A DNA stretch of 64,000 nucleotides from Salpingoeca rosetta (Eukaryota; Protista; Choanoflagellata): contig JAWQFM010000028.1 of assembly GCA_033442325.1 (NCBI GenBank), positions 164,749-228,748 on the forward strand, given 5' to 3'. Each line of letters begins with the position of its first letter. Position 1 is the first letter of the stretch. Both the position numbers and the translations under genes were made by a program. Positions 1-18,451 of the stretch are shown here, piece by piece. Under the pieces are notes generated by a model. The model searched no databases. It was given only the letters and a program-made list of their open reading frames with translations, and was not told the origin of the DNA.

Positions 1-90
<90 letters not shown>
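1..90. repeat. (GT)45 microsatellite, intronic
   Basis: Perfect GT run from the window start. Confidence 0.97.
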
Positions 91-92
<2 letters not shown>

Positions 93-198
93 GACAGGAG
101 ACGGCATGCATGACATGCATGGGCGTCGACAATTCGCACACACACACAGAGTCATAAATGCAGCTCTCTCACCCCTCATCACTCCCTGTGCGGTGCAG

Positions 199-315
199 GT
201 TCCGTCTGGGTCGAAACTTGGCGTTGCACGGGCGCCCGCGAAGAAAATCACGCCCCCATATGCGCTCTCCCCGTTCAAGCGGCCCGAGACATACATCAGA
301 TACATCGAATCACAG

Positions 316-357
<42 letters not shown>

Positions 358-2507
358 ACGCGAGCATACACCTGTACATGTACACATGTACACATGCGTG
401 TGTGTGCATTTCCCTACCACTGTGCATTGCTTGCCCCCCCCCACAACATCACACACGTGTGCGGCCGTCTTGACCCTTCGTTTTGTCCTTGGTCACCAAC
501 AGGACCAGGCGGGTGTCTACGATCTGGATACAGAGGACGAGATTTGGCGCAAGCTGTTCAACGAGAGGCACCGCTTGAAGGTGGGCGCTGGCGTATACTC
601 AACGCCCGCTGTCAACACTCTCACTTGCTCACACAAACGCACACGCACACACACACACACATACATACACACATACACACACACATACACACACGCACAT
701 TCACACACATACACACACGCACATTCACACACGCACACACACGCACATTCACACACGCACACACACGCACATTCACACACGTGAACAACACTTCCCCTCC
801 TCCCCCCCCCTGTTGGCTGTCTGCTGCTGTCTGCAGGACGGGGTTGAGATTTCATACCACCACATGTCACGCGCCATCTTTGAGTTTGAGCGAGCGGCGT
901 TCCGCGGTATGACCAAGGCCGGCGGCAAGGCGAGCTGCCACGGACTGGAGTATGACGAGAACACCGTGTGCGACGTGTGCCAGCTTCCCGACTCGGAGGA
1001 GGGCAATGAGATGGTGTTTTGCGACGGCTGCAACCTGTGTGTGCACCAGGTGTGCTACGGTATCAAGGTCATTCCAGAGGGCAACTGGTCAGTTGAAGGC
1101 ACCCTTGTGTGTCTGTGTGCGTGTGTGTGTCTGTGTCTGTGTCTGTGTGTGATGTGTGCCTGTGTGTGTGTGTCTGTGTGTGTCTGTATGTGTGTGCGTC
1201 TGTGTGTAAACATTGCGTATTTGTGCATGCTGCTGTCCGTCATTGCAACACCTCTTCAGGCTGCGTCCTGCTGCTCCCACCTTTGCTTTCCCCTCTCGTT
1301 CTCACTTGCCCACTCGTTCCGCTTGGCCATCCTTGATGCAGGTACTGCTGTGCGTGCAGTCTTGGCGCAGCCCACCTCTCCTGCCACCTCTGCTCTGGAA
1401 AAGGTGACGACATCTCAGGCTTGATCGCTTGCTTGCAGGCATACGACAACTTCAAGTCGTGCGCCGCTGTTCCTGTGATGACGAAATGGCGGTTGAAGAT
1501 GAAGAAACAGAGCGAAAATGCCCTTGCACACGTACACACGTTTGGCCCCTGCAAAGCACCGCGACAATCACATTTGACTCATTCATACATTGCACACATC
1601 CACGCATCAACTTTACATGCACACGTGCCACCCCTTCACGCGTGTGCATCAGGCGGTGCGCTGAAGCCGTGCAGCGGCGGAAAGCACTACGCACACGTCC
1701 GATGTGCAATGTGGATCCCAGAGTCTTCCATCGTCGACCCGGTATGTGTGCGTGTGCGTGTGTGTGTGCCTGTGCCTGTACCTGTGTTTCGTGTGTGTAT
1801 GTCTGTGTGTGTCTGTGTATGCCTGTGTATGTCTGTGCTTGCGTGTCTGTATCTGTATCCGTCTGTCTCTATTTGTGTGTACGCTGTGGTCGCCTGCCGT
1901 TTGCATGATTGCTCCTTTGTCGCGTTCTCACCTCCCCTCCCCTTCCTCTCACGCTCCCCTTCCTCTCACGCCACCCCTTTCCACCTTCCTTGTCTCGTTG
2001 CACCCCAGGATGTGATGGAGCCCATTGACATCTCCGAGGTCCCCGCCGACCGCTACAAGCTCCTCTGCACCCTCTGCGGCCAGCGCACGGGCGCCTGCAT
2101 CCAGTGCATCGTGAGTTCGCCGCACGATTTGTCTGTCTACCCACCCCCACACATGCGTCCTCTTGCTTTCTTCGTTTGCATTTCAGTGTTTTGCAGCTCG
2201 TACGCGCGCGCTACTCTAATCATCCACCACTGATCACCACCACCATTCACCACCATCACCGTCTATCCACCACCACCATCCTGCAGGTTCCGACGTGCAC
2301 GACGGCGTTCCACGTGACGTGTGCGACGTCTGCCAAGCTTCGGATGGAGCTTGAGATTGAGGACGACTGTGTGTACCGCCACGCGTACTGCAACCGCCAC
2401 CGCAACGCCGCTGCCCGCCACCCGGGGGCCCAGCGCGTCGCAGCGATATGGATGGGCGCTGGTAGTGACGACGACGATGACGACGATGATGGTGGTGGTG
2501 GCGGTGG

Positions 2508-2548
<41 letters not shown>

Positions 2549-3148
2549 TGGCTGTTGACTTGCGAGGTCGCAAGGGACGCAGAGGCGGTAGCGGTGGAGG
2601 AAGCCAGAAGACGACGAAGAAGCAGCAGAGGAATAAGCGTGAGAATGGTCACCACCACAGCCGTGCCAACAACGCGCAATCATCCTCATCATCCTCATCC
2701 TCACCGTCAAGAAGGAGCCAACAGCGACACCAGCAGCAGCAGCAGAGCACAGCAGGGGCAGCGCCGCCTGTTGCAGAGTTTTGCTCGCACGTCGACGTTG
2801 TCGACGGTGCGTGATGAGTGCTGCTGTTACTTGTACTGTGACTGTGGTGTTTGTTTGCAGTGTTTTCTGCTGCTGGTGTCTGACCTGCCTCACCTGCACG
2901 ATATTTATTGTGTGTGTCTGCTTGTCTGTGCGTCTGTGTGTGTGTGTGTGTGTTTCTGTGTGTCTGTGTGTGTGTGTGTGTCTGTGTGTGTCTGTGTGTC
3001 TGTGTGTGTGTGTGTGACGATGCAGTTGCGGAGGAGTTGGACGCTCCGCTCGAAGTTGCCCGCGCGGTCTTTGCATTTTGGGTCCAAAAACGGCGACGGC
3101 AGCATGGAAAGGCCCTGGTACGCTGCAACTGTGCAATCCCCTGTGTTC

Positions 3149-3189
<41 letters not shown>

Positions 3190-4123
3190 TGTCTGTCTGT
3201 TTGTCTGTCCGTGTGTGTGTGTGTGTATGTGTGTGTCTGTCTGTCTGTCACCTTGACAACCTCTGACGACCCAGCATGTCGACCATCCCGACAGATGCGC
3301 CAGTTTGTGCCGGCGATGATGAAACGAACGCCGTCTGTCTACGGCGATCCAACTACGGTCAAGAAGCAGATCCACAAGATCCGTCTCTCGCTCGGTCAGT
3401 TCCCACACTCCAGCTGGCACTCGGGCTGATCGTGTGTTCTCGTGTCGTGTGTTGTCATTGCTGTTGCGTAAACTCGGGACAGCTGCTTTCACCCAACTAC
3501 AAAGCACCACTCGCCAACATGCTTGCGAGCACGCAGTTTCTCGCTTTCCCGCCTTGACTTTCAACTCACCCATCTCCACCAACTGCCTTCGTGCACCTGC
3601 CCATCTGCCTGTCTCTTTGTCGGTGTTGGTGCATGTGGCTATCCATCCATCTGTCTGCCCTTCTGATCATCCTTCTGCATGCCCATCCTTCTGCATGCTA
3701 TTCTATGCCTCTTTCCAGAGCGGGCGCGGTCGCTGTGTGAGATGACGCGTCGGCGCGAAACGAGAAAGCGCGATCTCATCTCTGTCTTTGAGGAGATGTT
3801 CACCGCCAACGTCGTGGCCCTCTGTGACCCATCGTCGCCCCCGCCATCGCCCATCACCACTGGAGCGATTGCGGCAGCTGCGGTAACGCCCCCACGGTCA
3901 CGCCCCCCGTCGCCACCCATCAACATGGCGGCGCTGGAGTCGTGCTGCGGCAAGGAGATGGCGCAGTGGATTGCAAGCACCGCAAAGCGCAGGGAACCAG
4001 CGCTCTCGGTACGTGGAGACAGGATGATGGTGGTGATCGTGTATGTTCTTGTTTGGGCTGTGAATTGCGACTGCTGCCATCATTTCCCCTGGCTCCCCGC
4101 GTCCCTTGCCACTCTTTCTCACG

Positions 4124-4210
<87 letters not shown>

Positions 4211-5793
4211 AACACACACAAACACAAACACACACACAAACACACACACAAACACACACACACACACAAACACACACACACCTTTCTTTTTTTTTTTTTC
4301 ACCTCGTTTCTCTTTCTCCCCTCACAGGTCCCAGCGAGTGCAGCACGGCCGTCAACAGCACAACAGCGCGCGGGCGATGCCAGGACGCGAACACGCGAGC
4401 GCACACGGCGAAGCGGCAGGCTGCACCCGCACCGTGATGGTGGCGGTGCTGGTGGTGGTGGTGGTGGTGGTGGTGGTGCTGAGAGGCACGCGACGGAGAC
4501 GGAGGCGAAAGAAGCGAAGCAGCATGATGATGGACAGAAGGGTGAAGGGAGTGCGAAAGCAGGCAAGGGCAAAGGACAGCCGCGACAGCAGCAAGAAGAG
4601 GAGATGAAACAAGCCATGGTGGAGATTATTGAGAAGATGCAGAAGCACTCGGAAGCAACACACTTTCAATTCCCTGTCAACCTCAGTGAGTGGCAAGCCA
4701 AGGGGCGCGTAAATGTGTGTGTGTGTGGGGTGGGGGGTGGGTGTTGTATTGCCGCCGCTGTGATTGTTTTCGCCTCAGCTTACCAATGCGCATTCAACTC
4801 CCACACGGGGTGCAACCAGGCTACTACCCGGACTACGCGAAGGTGATCAAGTCGCCCATGGACCTGGCAACGCTCCATTCCCGCGCCACCTCCAACGCGT
4901 ACAGCACATATGCGGCCTTTGCCGCCGACGCAGAGCTCATCTTTGACAACTGCAAGGCGTACAACCTCCCCGACAGCGATATCGTTCGCTCTGCAGAGAA
5001 ACTACGAGGTGAGTGGCGGCAGGGCAGACAGTCGCGTGTGTATGAGTGTGTGTCTGTGTGCATGTGTGTCTGCGAGTGCGTGTGTGTGTGTGTGTGTGTG
5101 CGTGTGCGTGTGTGTGTGCGTGTGTGTGTGTGCCTGTCTGGGTGTGTCTGTGTACCTGTCTATGTGTGAATCTGGTTCTGCCACCACCAACTCAACGTCG
5201 ACCTGTTGTGACTGCTGTGCTCGTCAGCCTATTTCCACAAGCTTCTCTCCGCTGTTGCCCCGCACATCCGGCAGAGGTCAACGAAGAAGAAGACAAAGAA
5301 ACCCGCACCGCACATGTGCCCCACATGTGGTGAGTCATGTCTCGAGCTGGAGTGGTTTGCATGGTTGGTTGCTTTATTGCTTGATTTCACTTCCATGTTT
5401 GCACAATGTGCTGCTGCTTGTCACCTTGTTTCATGTCCCTTTTTCAGCTTTCGTCTGCTTTGATGCTGAGTACTCACAATGTACACACACACACACACAC
5501 ACTCACTCACTCACTCACTCACTCACTCACTCACTCACTCACTCACACTTGCACACATGCCAGGCAAAGCGTTCACGTCAGTTGCACGCCTGTCCCGCCA
5601 TCAGGCTCAACATCGCTCCAAAGCAGCAACGTCGTCATCATCAGCGGCAGCAGCACCCACTAGCAAGTCACCACCGTCATCATCCTCATCCTCATCCTCA
5701 TCCACTGTCGCCGATTGGTCGAGCCCTGCTGATGCAGCGAAGCGGCGGGCAACATCGCCAAAGTCATCGGCGAAGCGCGCGCGCAGGCGCTGA
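199..5793 (+). CDS. BRPF/JADE-like chromatin scaffold (EPC-N, PHD, extended PHD, bromodomain); multi-exon, 5' end lies before 199 or outside the window
   Basis: Spliced exons give [10 protein letters not shown] (EPL1-like), [31 protein letters not shown] (PHD), [35 protein letters not shown] (ePHD) and [25 protein letters not shown] (bromodomain). GT-AG introns keep frame; TGA at 5791-5793. No PWWP domain seen. Confidence 0.88.
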
Positions 5794-5809
5794 CACAGCA
5801 GCATGTGTG

Positions 5810-5871
<62 letters not shown>

Positions 5872-6328
5872 GGTCTGTGTGTTTGTGTGTGTCTGTGTGT
5901 TTGTGGTTTGTGTGTGTGCATGTGTGTGTTTCTGTCTGTCTCTGTCTCTGTCTCTGCATCTGTGTGTGTGTGTGTCTGTGTGTGTGTGTGTCTGTCTGTC
6001 TGTCTGTTTTGGACTGTGGTTTAGGTCGTAGATAGTGCTCGTGTTGCTCGGGGTGCGGTTGTATCGACTAATCAAGACGGGCAAAGCAGTAGCTCGTGTG
6101 TACACAAGTATCAAGACACAAAGCTAGCAGTGGTTGCTATCGCTGTCAGTATGAACGTGCCACAAGTAAAAGAACAGCCAATTGCACACGAAGCCTGTCG
6201 AACAGAAGAAGCCGCGTGTGGGTCAGCGACCATCGCTTGTTTCTTGCTTCCTCTGATGTCGCAAGCCACAACACACTGAAACATGAAAGCATTTACAGGG
6301 GTTGATTTGCCCCGCCCTCCCATACGAC

Positions 6329-10653
<4,325 letters not shown>

Positions 10654-10933
10654 GATGCTTGCGGCCGGCGCTGCTGCTGGTGGGCCCACAGCAGGAGTGA
10701 CGAGAACAGCACTACCACCTGCTCGCTCGCCTCTCAACACTCCAGTCCCTTCAGGCACGCGTCGTGTGATCGAGAGAGCAAGACGTGTGTGGTGCTGTGG
10801 TGTTATGGTGTTGTGGTGTCTTCTTTCTCTTCTTCACTTCCACACTCAACAATGAATGACGCGTGAATGACAACAACAACACAACGCACACACAACACAC
10901 ACACACACACACGACTGCTGACGGACCGGAGGG

Positions 10934-11066
10934 ATGGCTGAGCTGCTGTCTGTGTGGGTGTCTGACCACCCAAGCTTCTCGCCAGAGGTGCTGGAGAGCT
11001 GGGTCAACGGCTTGTCAGGTAGGAAGGGGTGTGTGTCTGTCTGTGTGTCTGTGTGTCTGTGTCTGT

Positions 11067-11127
<61 letters not shown>

Positions 11128-12594
11128 TGTCTGTCTGTCTGTGTGTCTGTGTGTGTGTCTGTGTCTATGTGTGCGTGTGTGCTTTTCTTTGTGTCTGTAT
11201 GTCCGTGTCTGTCTATCTGCCTGTCTGTCTGCCCTGTCTGCAACTGTAACTACTATCCCATGCTGCACTGCACTGCACTGCACTGCCACCTCTACCCCTC
11301 CTCCACCACACTCACCCACACTCCCCGCCCTGCCCTTGTTGCTGCTCACAGTGCACGACGCTGCGGCACGGCGCCAAGACACAGCGGACTTCCCCCGCAT
11401 ATCCCCGGAGATTGTGCTCGCGGACACGCGCGACCAGTACATGCTGTTCCGGCAGCTGGAGCCCTTCTTTCACGAGCCGCGATCGCTGGCGCAGCAGGAC
11501 ATCTATCCGCTCTCTGAGGACGACTGCCGCCACCTGCTGTTCAGCTACTACCAGTACGACGCGAACTTCATGCTGCTCATCCTGGGCAAGCAGCTGTCCA
11601 AGGGCATGCGCAAGGACCTGGACGAGCTGGCTGACGAGACACACCTTGCGCTTACCAGCTGTAACCGCCAGTTTGACAACCTGCGGCGGATATGGAAGGC
11701 AGTCGAGGACCAGCCGGGCCCTCTCGTCAACGTCATCCAGCAGCAGTTTCTCCTCAACCCGTCCCAGGCAAAGTGCGGTTGTACACAACAGAGGGAGGAG
11801 GAAGGAATACATTATGGTCCAGTCCTGTGTTTGTCTCGCTGAGCGCGTGTTTGCCTGATTGCCTGGTGGGCGAGCTGATTGGTTGCCCATTTGCATCTGT
11901 GCGTGCATCTGTGTGTGTGTGTGTGTGTGTGTGTCTGTGTGCATCTCTCTGTGTGTGTGTGTGTGTGCATCTGTGTGTTGTGTACATGTGTGTGTGTGTC
12001 TGTTGTGTACATCTCTCCCTCTCTTTCTTTGTGTGTTGTGTGTGTACATCTGTGTTGTGTACACATGTGTTGTCCGCTGTGTTTGTACCACCTCACCTGA
12101 TGCTTGCTGCCAACGGCACTACTCTTGTGCGTGCAACAGGGACTACGCAGCCATGGTGTTCATCACAGACAACAGATTAGCTGTTGACAAGAAGGTGTAA
12201 CTGTGACTCAATGCAGCATCCGCACAGCTCCGCCCCCCCCCACCCCTTCTCTCTGAAACGTCGACACGAGCTCAAATCTTCCCTTCCCTATCCAACCCAC
12301 TCACTACACAACTACACAACTACACAACTACACCACTAACAACTACCCCCTACACCACTCACTGCACCATCACCGCCGCCACCACCGCCATCATCATCAC
12401 AACAACAATCGGCAGGTGCTGAGTGCGGTGCCGCTGTCGGTGTTCCTGGACTGCGCCCACGAGTTTATGCGGTCGTGGACATCTGTCAATGATCCACACG
12501 GAAATGACCAGGACCTCCAGAAGCGTTTCCTCCAGGTGCCCTGCTGTGATCACGTGATCACGCGATGTTTTGCGCTGGGATCAAGCTTTGATGA

Positions 12595-12625
<31 letters not shown>

Positions 12626-12882
12626 GCGTTTGTAACCGCTTGTGTGCTTCCTCTCGCGCCTTCAACTTACTCCTCGCGTGGCATCAACTCCCTCTCCCCC
12701 TACGCTCAACACCACACACGCAACACCGTCCCCCACAATGATCAGGAGCTGCGTGAGCTCAAGTACAACATCACGGGATCGCGCGAAGTTCTCGAACACT
12801 TCAACGCGTACGGCATGGTCGTGGTGGTCGTGGTGGTGGTCGTGCTTTGTGAGGTGTTTGGTTCGTGTCTTCGTTCCCATCC

Positions 12883-12924
<42 letters not shown>

Positions 12925-13546
12925 ACACACACACACACTCACACACACGCACACACGCACACGCACACACATACACACATGGCATCACACGTACACACCA
13001 GGGCATTGCGGGCCAATCCTCCGGCCGTGTCCGCGTCGCGTCTTGCGCACGTGTACGGCGTTGTGCGCCGCGTAATTCAAATTGGCGGCGGTCTCTCCTA
13101 CAGCAAGGAGTGGCGAGACATCTTCGAGGACCTCGAGCAGGAGGTGCGTGGGGAGGGGGGCTGTGAGTCTGTGGGTCTGTGTCTGCGTCTGTCTGTCTCT
13201 GTGTCTGTGTCTGTGTCTCTGTTGATGTGCATGTGTCTGTGTGTGTGTCTGTGTCTCTGTTGATGTGCATGTGTCTGTGTATGTGCGTGTGCGCACGCGC
13301 CCGTGCGCTCTTGTTGTGCTTGTTCACGCGTCTCATTTTTTTGGTCACCAAAATGCACGCCGGCAACAGGTGGTGCAACCGCTGCGAGAGGACAGGTGGA
13401 CCCTGGTGGAGACAGGACAGCTGATGAAGACTATCAAGGAGAGCTATCACCACGCCCCCCTCCCTGCTGACCTGCGGCACCGCGCCGCTGTTACGTTTGA
13501 CACGTTTATCGACACCGTCGGCCGCGTCATTGCCATCATGATGTGA
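10934..13546 (+). CDS. FIBP: FGF1 intracellular binding protein homologue, 7 exons
   Basis: [23 protein letters not shown]; [13 protein letters not shown]; [49 protein letters not shown]; [18 protein letters not shown]. These match FIBP family motifs as I recall them. Confidence 0.88.
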
Positions 13547-13549
13547 ACA

Positions 13550-13585
<36 letters not shown>

Positions 13586-13920
13586 TGTGTCTGTGTCTGT
13601 GTGTGTGTGTGTGTCTGTGTCTGTGTCTGTGTCTGTGTCTGTGTCTGTGTCTGTGTGTGTCTGTGTGTCTGCCTGCCTGTGTGTCTGCCTGTCTGTGTGT
13701 GTGTGTGTGTGTTTTTTTTTTGTCTCTGTGTGTGTCTGTCTCTGTCTATCTCTCCTTGTCTCCCGCCTGTCTGTCAAACTTCATTTTCAACGCCACTCCC
13801 TTCCCCCTCCTCTTCCTTTGCTTATGGTTCCCCGTTTAACTGTCGCTTAGCACCATCGGCACTGGTAGTTTTGTACTGCCGAATAGACAAACCTAGATCA
13901 CATCACGTCATAAATGCACG

Positions 13921-13955
<35 letters not shown>

Positions 13956-14001
13956 GCACGCACACACACACACGAACACCCAGGGTCGCAAACGACAACA
14001 T

Positions 14002-15246
14002 TCATCGCAGAGTGATGGCGTAGATGGTGAACGTCTTGAGATCCTCCCCATCATCGCCATCATCGCCATCATCGCCATCATCGCCATCATCGCCGTCATC
14101 GCCATCATCGCCACCATTTGTGTAGTCGTTGTCGCGTCTCTCTGTCCCGATCATCTCCGTGTGCACGGGCACGACGCTGCATCCGCGCGCATCAAACGCC
14201 GCCAGCACCTCATCCGTCACTGCAAACGTCGATGAGCTGCACTTGCCACGATTCGTGTACGCCAGCAAGCACACGGGGCGCCCACCGTTATCCACGTGTT
14301 GACCTGGCTGTTGCTGCTGGTGTTGTTGTTGAACTAACTGCTCTCCTCCTCCTTCTCCTCCTCTTCTCGCTTCGTCTTGGTTCTCCTTCGGTTGTTCTCG
14401 TTGCTGCTGCTGCTGCTGCTGATGCTGATGCTGCTGCTGCTGCTGCTGTTGCTGCTGTTGCGAGTCGTTGCTGTCGGTGCGGTGGCTACCCTGCTCCGCC
14501 GCCAGCACGAGCAGGCCGTGGATGGTGTCGACAAACGGCACCACGAGCTCCTTGAGCCAGATGGTCTCCGCGGCGATGATGACGTCCGCCCGCCACGGCT
14601 CAATGCCCCATCGCGCAGCTTGGTCCTCGATGGACTTGGTCCAGTCCAGTGGCATGCAGGATGCCGTGCCGTGCGTCTTGCTGCTGATGCACGTGCTCTG
14701 CGGCCAACTGGCAGTCCTGTCGTCGTCGCTCATGTGGGGTGACGAAGCATCATGTGGAGACAGCACCTCTTCCGGTGCCTGCTCCTCGTTTGGAGCGTCG
14801 GCATTGGACACAATGTTCAGCTTCACAATGTCCTCCACAATTGGCTGCACATCTGTGAGGAGGACGTGGGCACCGTGAGCGGCGAGGGCAAGACCCAGCA
14901 AGCCGATCCCGGAGCCCAACTCCAGCACCCGCTTGCCGCGGAGGTTGCGGCTGCCCAAAACGTTCCGCAGCTGTTGGCGCTGCTGCTCACCAACCACGCC
15001 ATCGCTGTTGTCGTGGCTGCTGTGGTAGCCGTCACTGGCAGCGTCCTGTGTCAGGAATCGGAGCAAGATGCGGCTGCCCGGCCAGATGGTGAAGCCCGTT
15101 GCCGCTGCCAGTGTGTAGTCTTCATCAAACAGGTTCACGTGCACTGCGTCGTCCTCCTCCACGTTGCGTCGCAGGATCTTCAATGGCTCATCCCGCACGC
15201 CAGCAACGGGCACTTCGATGGCCTTGTACTCGCTCGGCTCGTCCAT
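14002..15246 (-). CDS. METTL21/Methyltransf_16-family protein lysine methyltransferase, single exon
   Basis: TGFTIWPGS, VLELGSGIGLLG (SAM motif I), LLTD, PLDW, DVIIAAETIW; poly-Q insert and C-terminal (GDD)n. ATG at 15246 (MDEPSEY). Confidence 0.85.
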   Translation of the reverse strand: MDEPSEYKAIEVPVAGVRDEPLKILRRNVEEDDAVHVNLFDEDYTLAAATGFTIWPGSRILLRFLTQDAASDGYHSSHDNSDGVVGEQQRQQLRNVLGSRNLRGKRVLELGSGIGLLGLALAAHGAHVLLTDVQPIVEDIVKLNIVSNADAPNEEQAPEEVLSPHDASSPHMSDDDRTASWPQSTCISSKTHGTASCMPLDWTKSIEDQAARWGIEPWRADVIIAAETIWLKELVVPFVDTIHGLLVLAAEQGSHRTDSNDSQQQQQQQQQQHQHQQQQQQQREQPKENQDEARRGGEGGGEQLVQQQHQQQQPGQHVDNGGRPVCLLAYTNRGKCSSSTFAVTDEVLAAFDARGCSVVPVHTEMIGTERRDNDYTNGGDDGDDGDDGDDGDDGDDGDDGEDLKTFTIYAITLR

Positions 15247-15266
15247 CTTTGCGTGTCTATGTCTGC

Positions 15267-15345
<79 letters not shown>

Positions 15346-15536
15346 CTGTGTGCTGTGTGTGTGTGTGTGTGTGCTGTGTGTGTGCTCTGTGTGCTGTGTG
15401 TGCGTGTGCTCTGTGTGCTGTGTGTGTGTGTGTGCTGTGTGTGCGTGTGCGTCTGCTTTGTTGTTGCCGTCTTCGGGCTGGCAAGTTGTGGCGATTTGTG
15501 AACAGGGTGTCGAAATTTCTGCAACGAAGCAGCACG

Positions 15537-16487
15537 ATGAACAGCAACGAGGATGAAGATGGTGGTGGTGGTGTGAACGCGCGTCCTGCTGCGTCTGCTT
15601 TGGCGCCCACCACCGACCCTGCTTCCCCTTCCTCCTCTTCCAGTTCCTCTGATGCGGCGTTACCACCGTCGTCACCACTGTCGTCGTCACCCCACGCATC
15701 CGCCTCGTCGTCGTCGTCGTCGTCGTCTTCTTCTTCTTCTGCGTCGCCGAGCTTGTCGGCAGCACAATCACCTACACGAAGCGATGGAGACGACACCAGC
15801 ATGGAGGCTGAGGACTCTCAGCCGGCCGTAAAGGTCGTGTTCCGCAACATGGCGCTGGCAAAGCGCCTGCGTGATGGCATTGTCAGACTCGTCACGGGGG
15901 CGATGGCGGAAATGGACACGGAGGAGATTGAGGCCCTGGACGCGCCATCAGCCGCGGATGATGACGCGGGCACGAGCGACACAGGCACAGCATCGCTGAC
16001 AGCAGAGGCAGAAGCTCAAGCGCAGTCGCAAGCTCTACCACCCACATCGACAGACACCAGCGAAGCGGGTGCGCCATCCCTCGTGTTCTACACCACCCAC
16101 TATGAAGACCTCACGGGCGTGGAGCTCGTGGACTTTGACCCTAACTTGACGGACGCGTATGCGCCTCCGCAGTACGAGCGGGCGCCCATCGGCGCAGATG
16201 AGCCAACGTCGCTGCTTGCCGGTACAGCGACATCCACACCAAAGGCCCAGACTCCGACTCCAGGCAAGAAGCAGGCACGCAGCGGCCCACACACGCCCGC
16301 GGTGACTGGTGGAAGTGGCGCGGGTACGCCGTCGTCGTCGCACCTCAAACACACCGACTACGCACGTGGTGCTCGCTTGCACCAGCGGTTACAAGACGCA
16401 GCACAAGAACGGCCCTTTACCATGTGAGCGCTACTGCTGCTGCTGTTGTTTAAGTTGTTGTTGTTGTTTAAGTTGTTGTTGTTGTTA

Positions 16488-16518
<31 letters not shown>

Positions 16519-16783
16519 AGTTGTTTAAGTTGTTGTTGTTGTTGTTGTTATTGTTGTTGTTGTTGTTGCTGCTGCTCTTGAGGGTTTGTCGTGTGTTGCT
16601 GTTGTTCGGTCAGTGTTCGCGAGCTCACCTAGGCTGCATATATGCAAACGTGCGTGTGCTACTGTGGCACCCTGTGTCTGGCTACTTGTTTTGTGTCGAC
16701 ACAGGAAGCAAATCTATGAGCCAGGTCGTCTCTCGGAGAACCTGCGCAAGGCCCTCGGCATCAAATGTAAGTGCATGTGTGTG

Positions 16784-16823
<40 letters not shown>

Positions 16824-16827
16824 TGGC

Positions 16828-16860
<33 letters not shown>

Positions 16861-18404
16861 GTCTGCTGTGTGCCTGTGTATGTGTGTGTGTGTGTGTCTG
16901 TGTGTGTAATCCAAGGTAGCTCATCACGCATGTGCACCCTTGCCCCTCTCGGGCCTGTGCCTCGCACAACACGTGCACCGTGCTCTGCGTATTCCCCAAC
17001 TCAACACCACACAACATTGCCTTCCGCCAGCCACGGACTTGCCCATGTACATTGCGCGCATGCGGCAGCTTGGATACCCGCCCGGGTGGAAGGGCGAGAA
17101 GGGGAGGCAGCGACTGCAGCTCATCAGGGGTTACGCCGACGCAATGACGATTGTGAACGGTGCTGGCGATGATGATGGTGGTGATCATGGCGATGGTGAT
17201 GTGGCTGAGAAGGAAGGCGAGCAGAGCGCTGCAGGGAAGGGAGAGGAGGGGACGAAGGAAAAAGATGATAAGGAGGTGGTGAAGTATCCTGGCTTCAACG
17301 TGTCAGAGTCATTCGTGCACCCGAAGGATGGCGAAGAGGAAGCACAGCAGAGCAAAGCTGATGCCAGTGATGATGATGGTGATGATGGTGATGATGACGC
17401 GGTGATGGTGGTTGAGGAGAAGGAGGAGGAGGGAGAGGAGGAGAAGAAGAAGGGAGGGGCAGAAGGGGGGAAGGGGGAGAAGGGTACTAGTAGCCGTAGC
17501 CGTGACAGTAGTGGCGCCGAGCAGGGTGTGGAGTTGACAAGCAGCAAGACCGCACCCGCACCCGCGAACGAGAACGATGATGCGAGCAACCGCAGCGCTG
17601 CTGTGACCACTGCTGCCGGTGATGTTGCTGCTGGTGGTAATCGTGGTGGTGTGAAGCGCAAAGCGAGCACGAGCGACAACGAAGACATGGACATTGATGA
17701 CGAGAACGAGGGCGCACACGAGGGAGGAGGTGTAGGGATGGGGGACAGTCACACCCTGCCACCCGCACCTGCAAGCAACACTGCACACACCGCAACGACA
17801 ACAACAGTAGCGCCAACGGAAGACAGTGGTGGTGCCCAGAAACCAACAGCAGGGCCAACGCCAACAACAACAGCAGCAGCATCAGCAGCAACATGTGCGA
17901 GTGGTGCGGTTGAAACTGCACCGGACATGGCCGGCGGTTTGACGCGCAAGCGAGCAAAGATGACGAATGGTAGCAGTGGTGGTGACAGTGGTGGTGACAG
18001 TGGTGGTGATGATGGTGCGGTGAAGGATGCTGAGAGTGGTGGTCGAGAGGAGAAGAGATGTGATGAAGACATGGACGAGGACATGGATGTGAGCAGCGAT
18101 GACAACGACAGCACTGACGCCACGACCACTGCAACTACGCCTGCTGCTGCTACTGCAACTACTACTGCTGCTGCTGCTGCAACTACTACTGCTGTTGCTG
18201 CCACTGCTGCGGCGACTGGTGCTGGCGACAAGAAGACGGTGGTGCCCACAGACGCTGGCACGACGAGAGATGGCAACACACACGAGCAGCCCGGACGCCC
18301 AACTGCATTGACCAAGGCGAAAGACGGCCACGTGGCAGAGGAGGAAGAAGGGCAGCTGCCATCAGCAACTGGAGCTGCCTTGATAGGAGATGCGACAAGT
18401 GGGC

Positions 18405-18451
<47 letters not shown>

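Noticed and set aside
93-198. Additional BRPF-like exon right after the first GT repeat
   Set aside because: An AG acceptor is present but no unambiguous donor or phase could be assigned.
15247-15771. N-terminal extension of the 589-aa methyltransferase ORF
   Set aside because: Runs through a CA repeat and overlaps the divergent gene. The ATG at 15246 is the more credible start.
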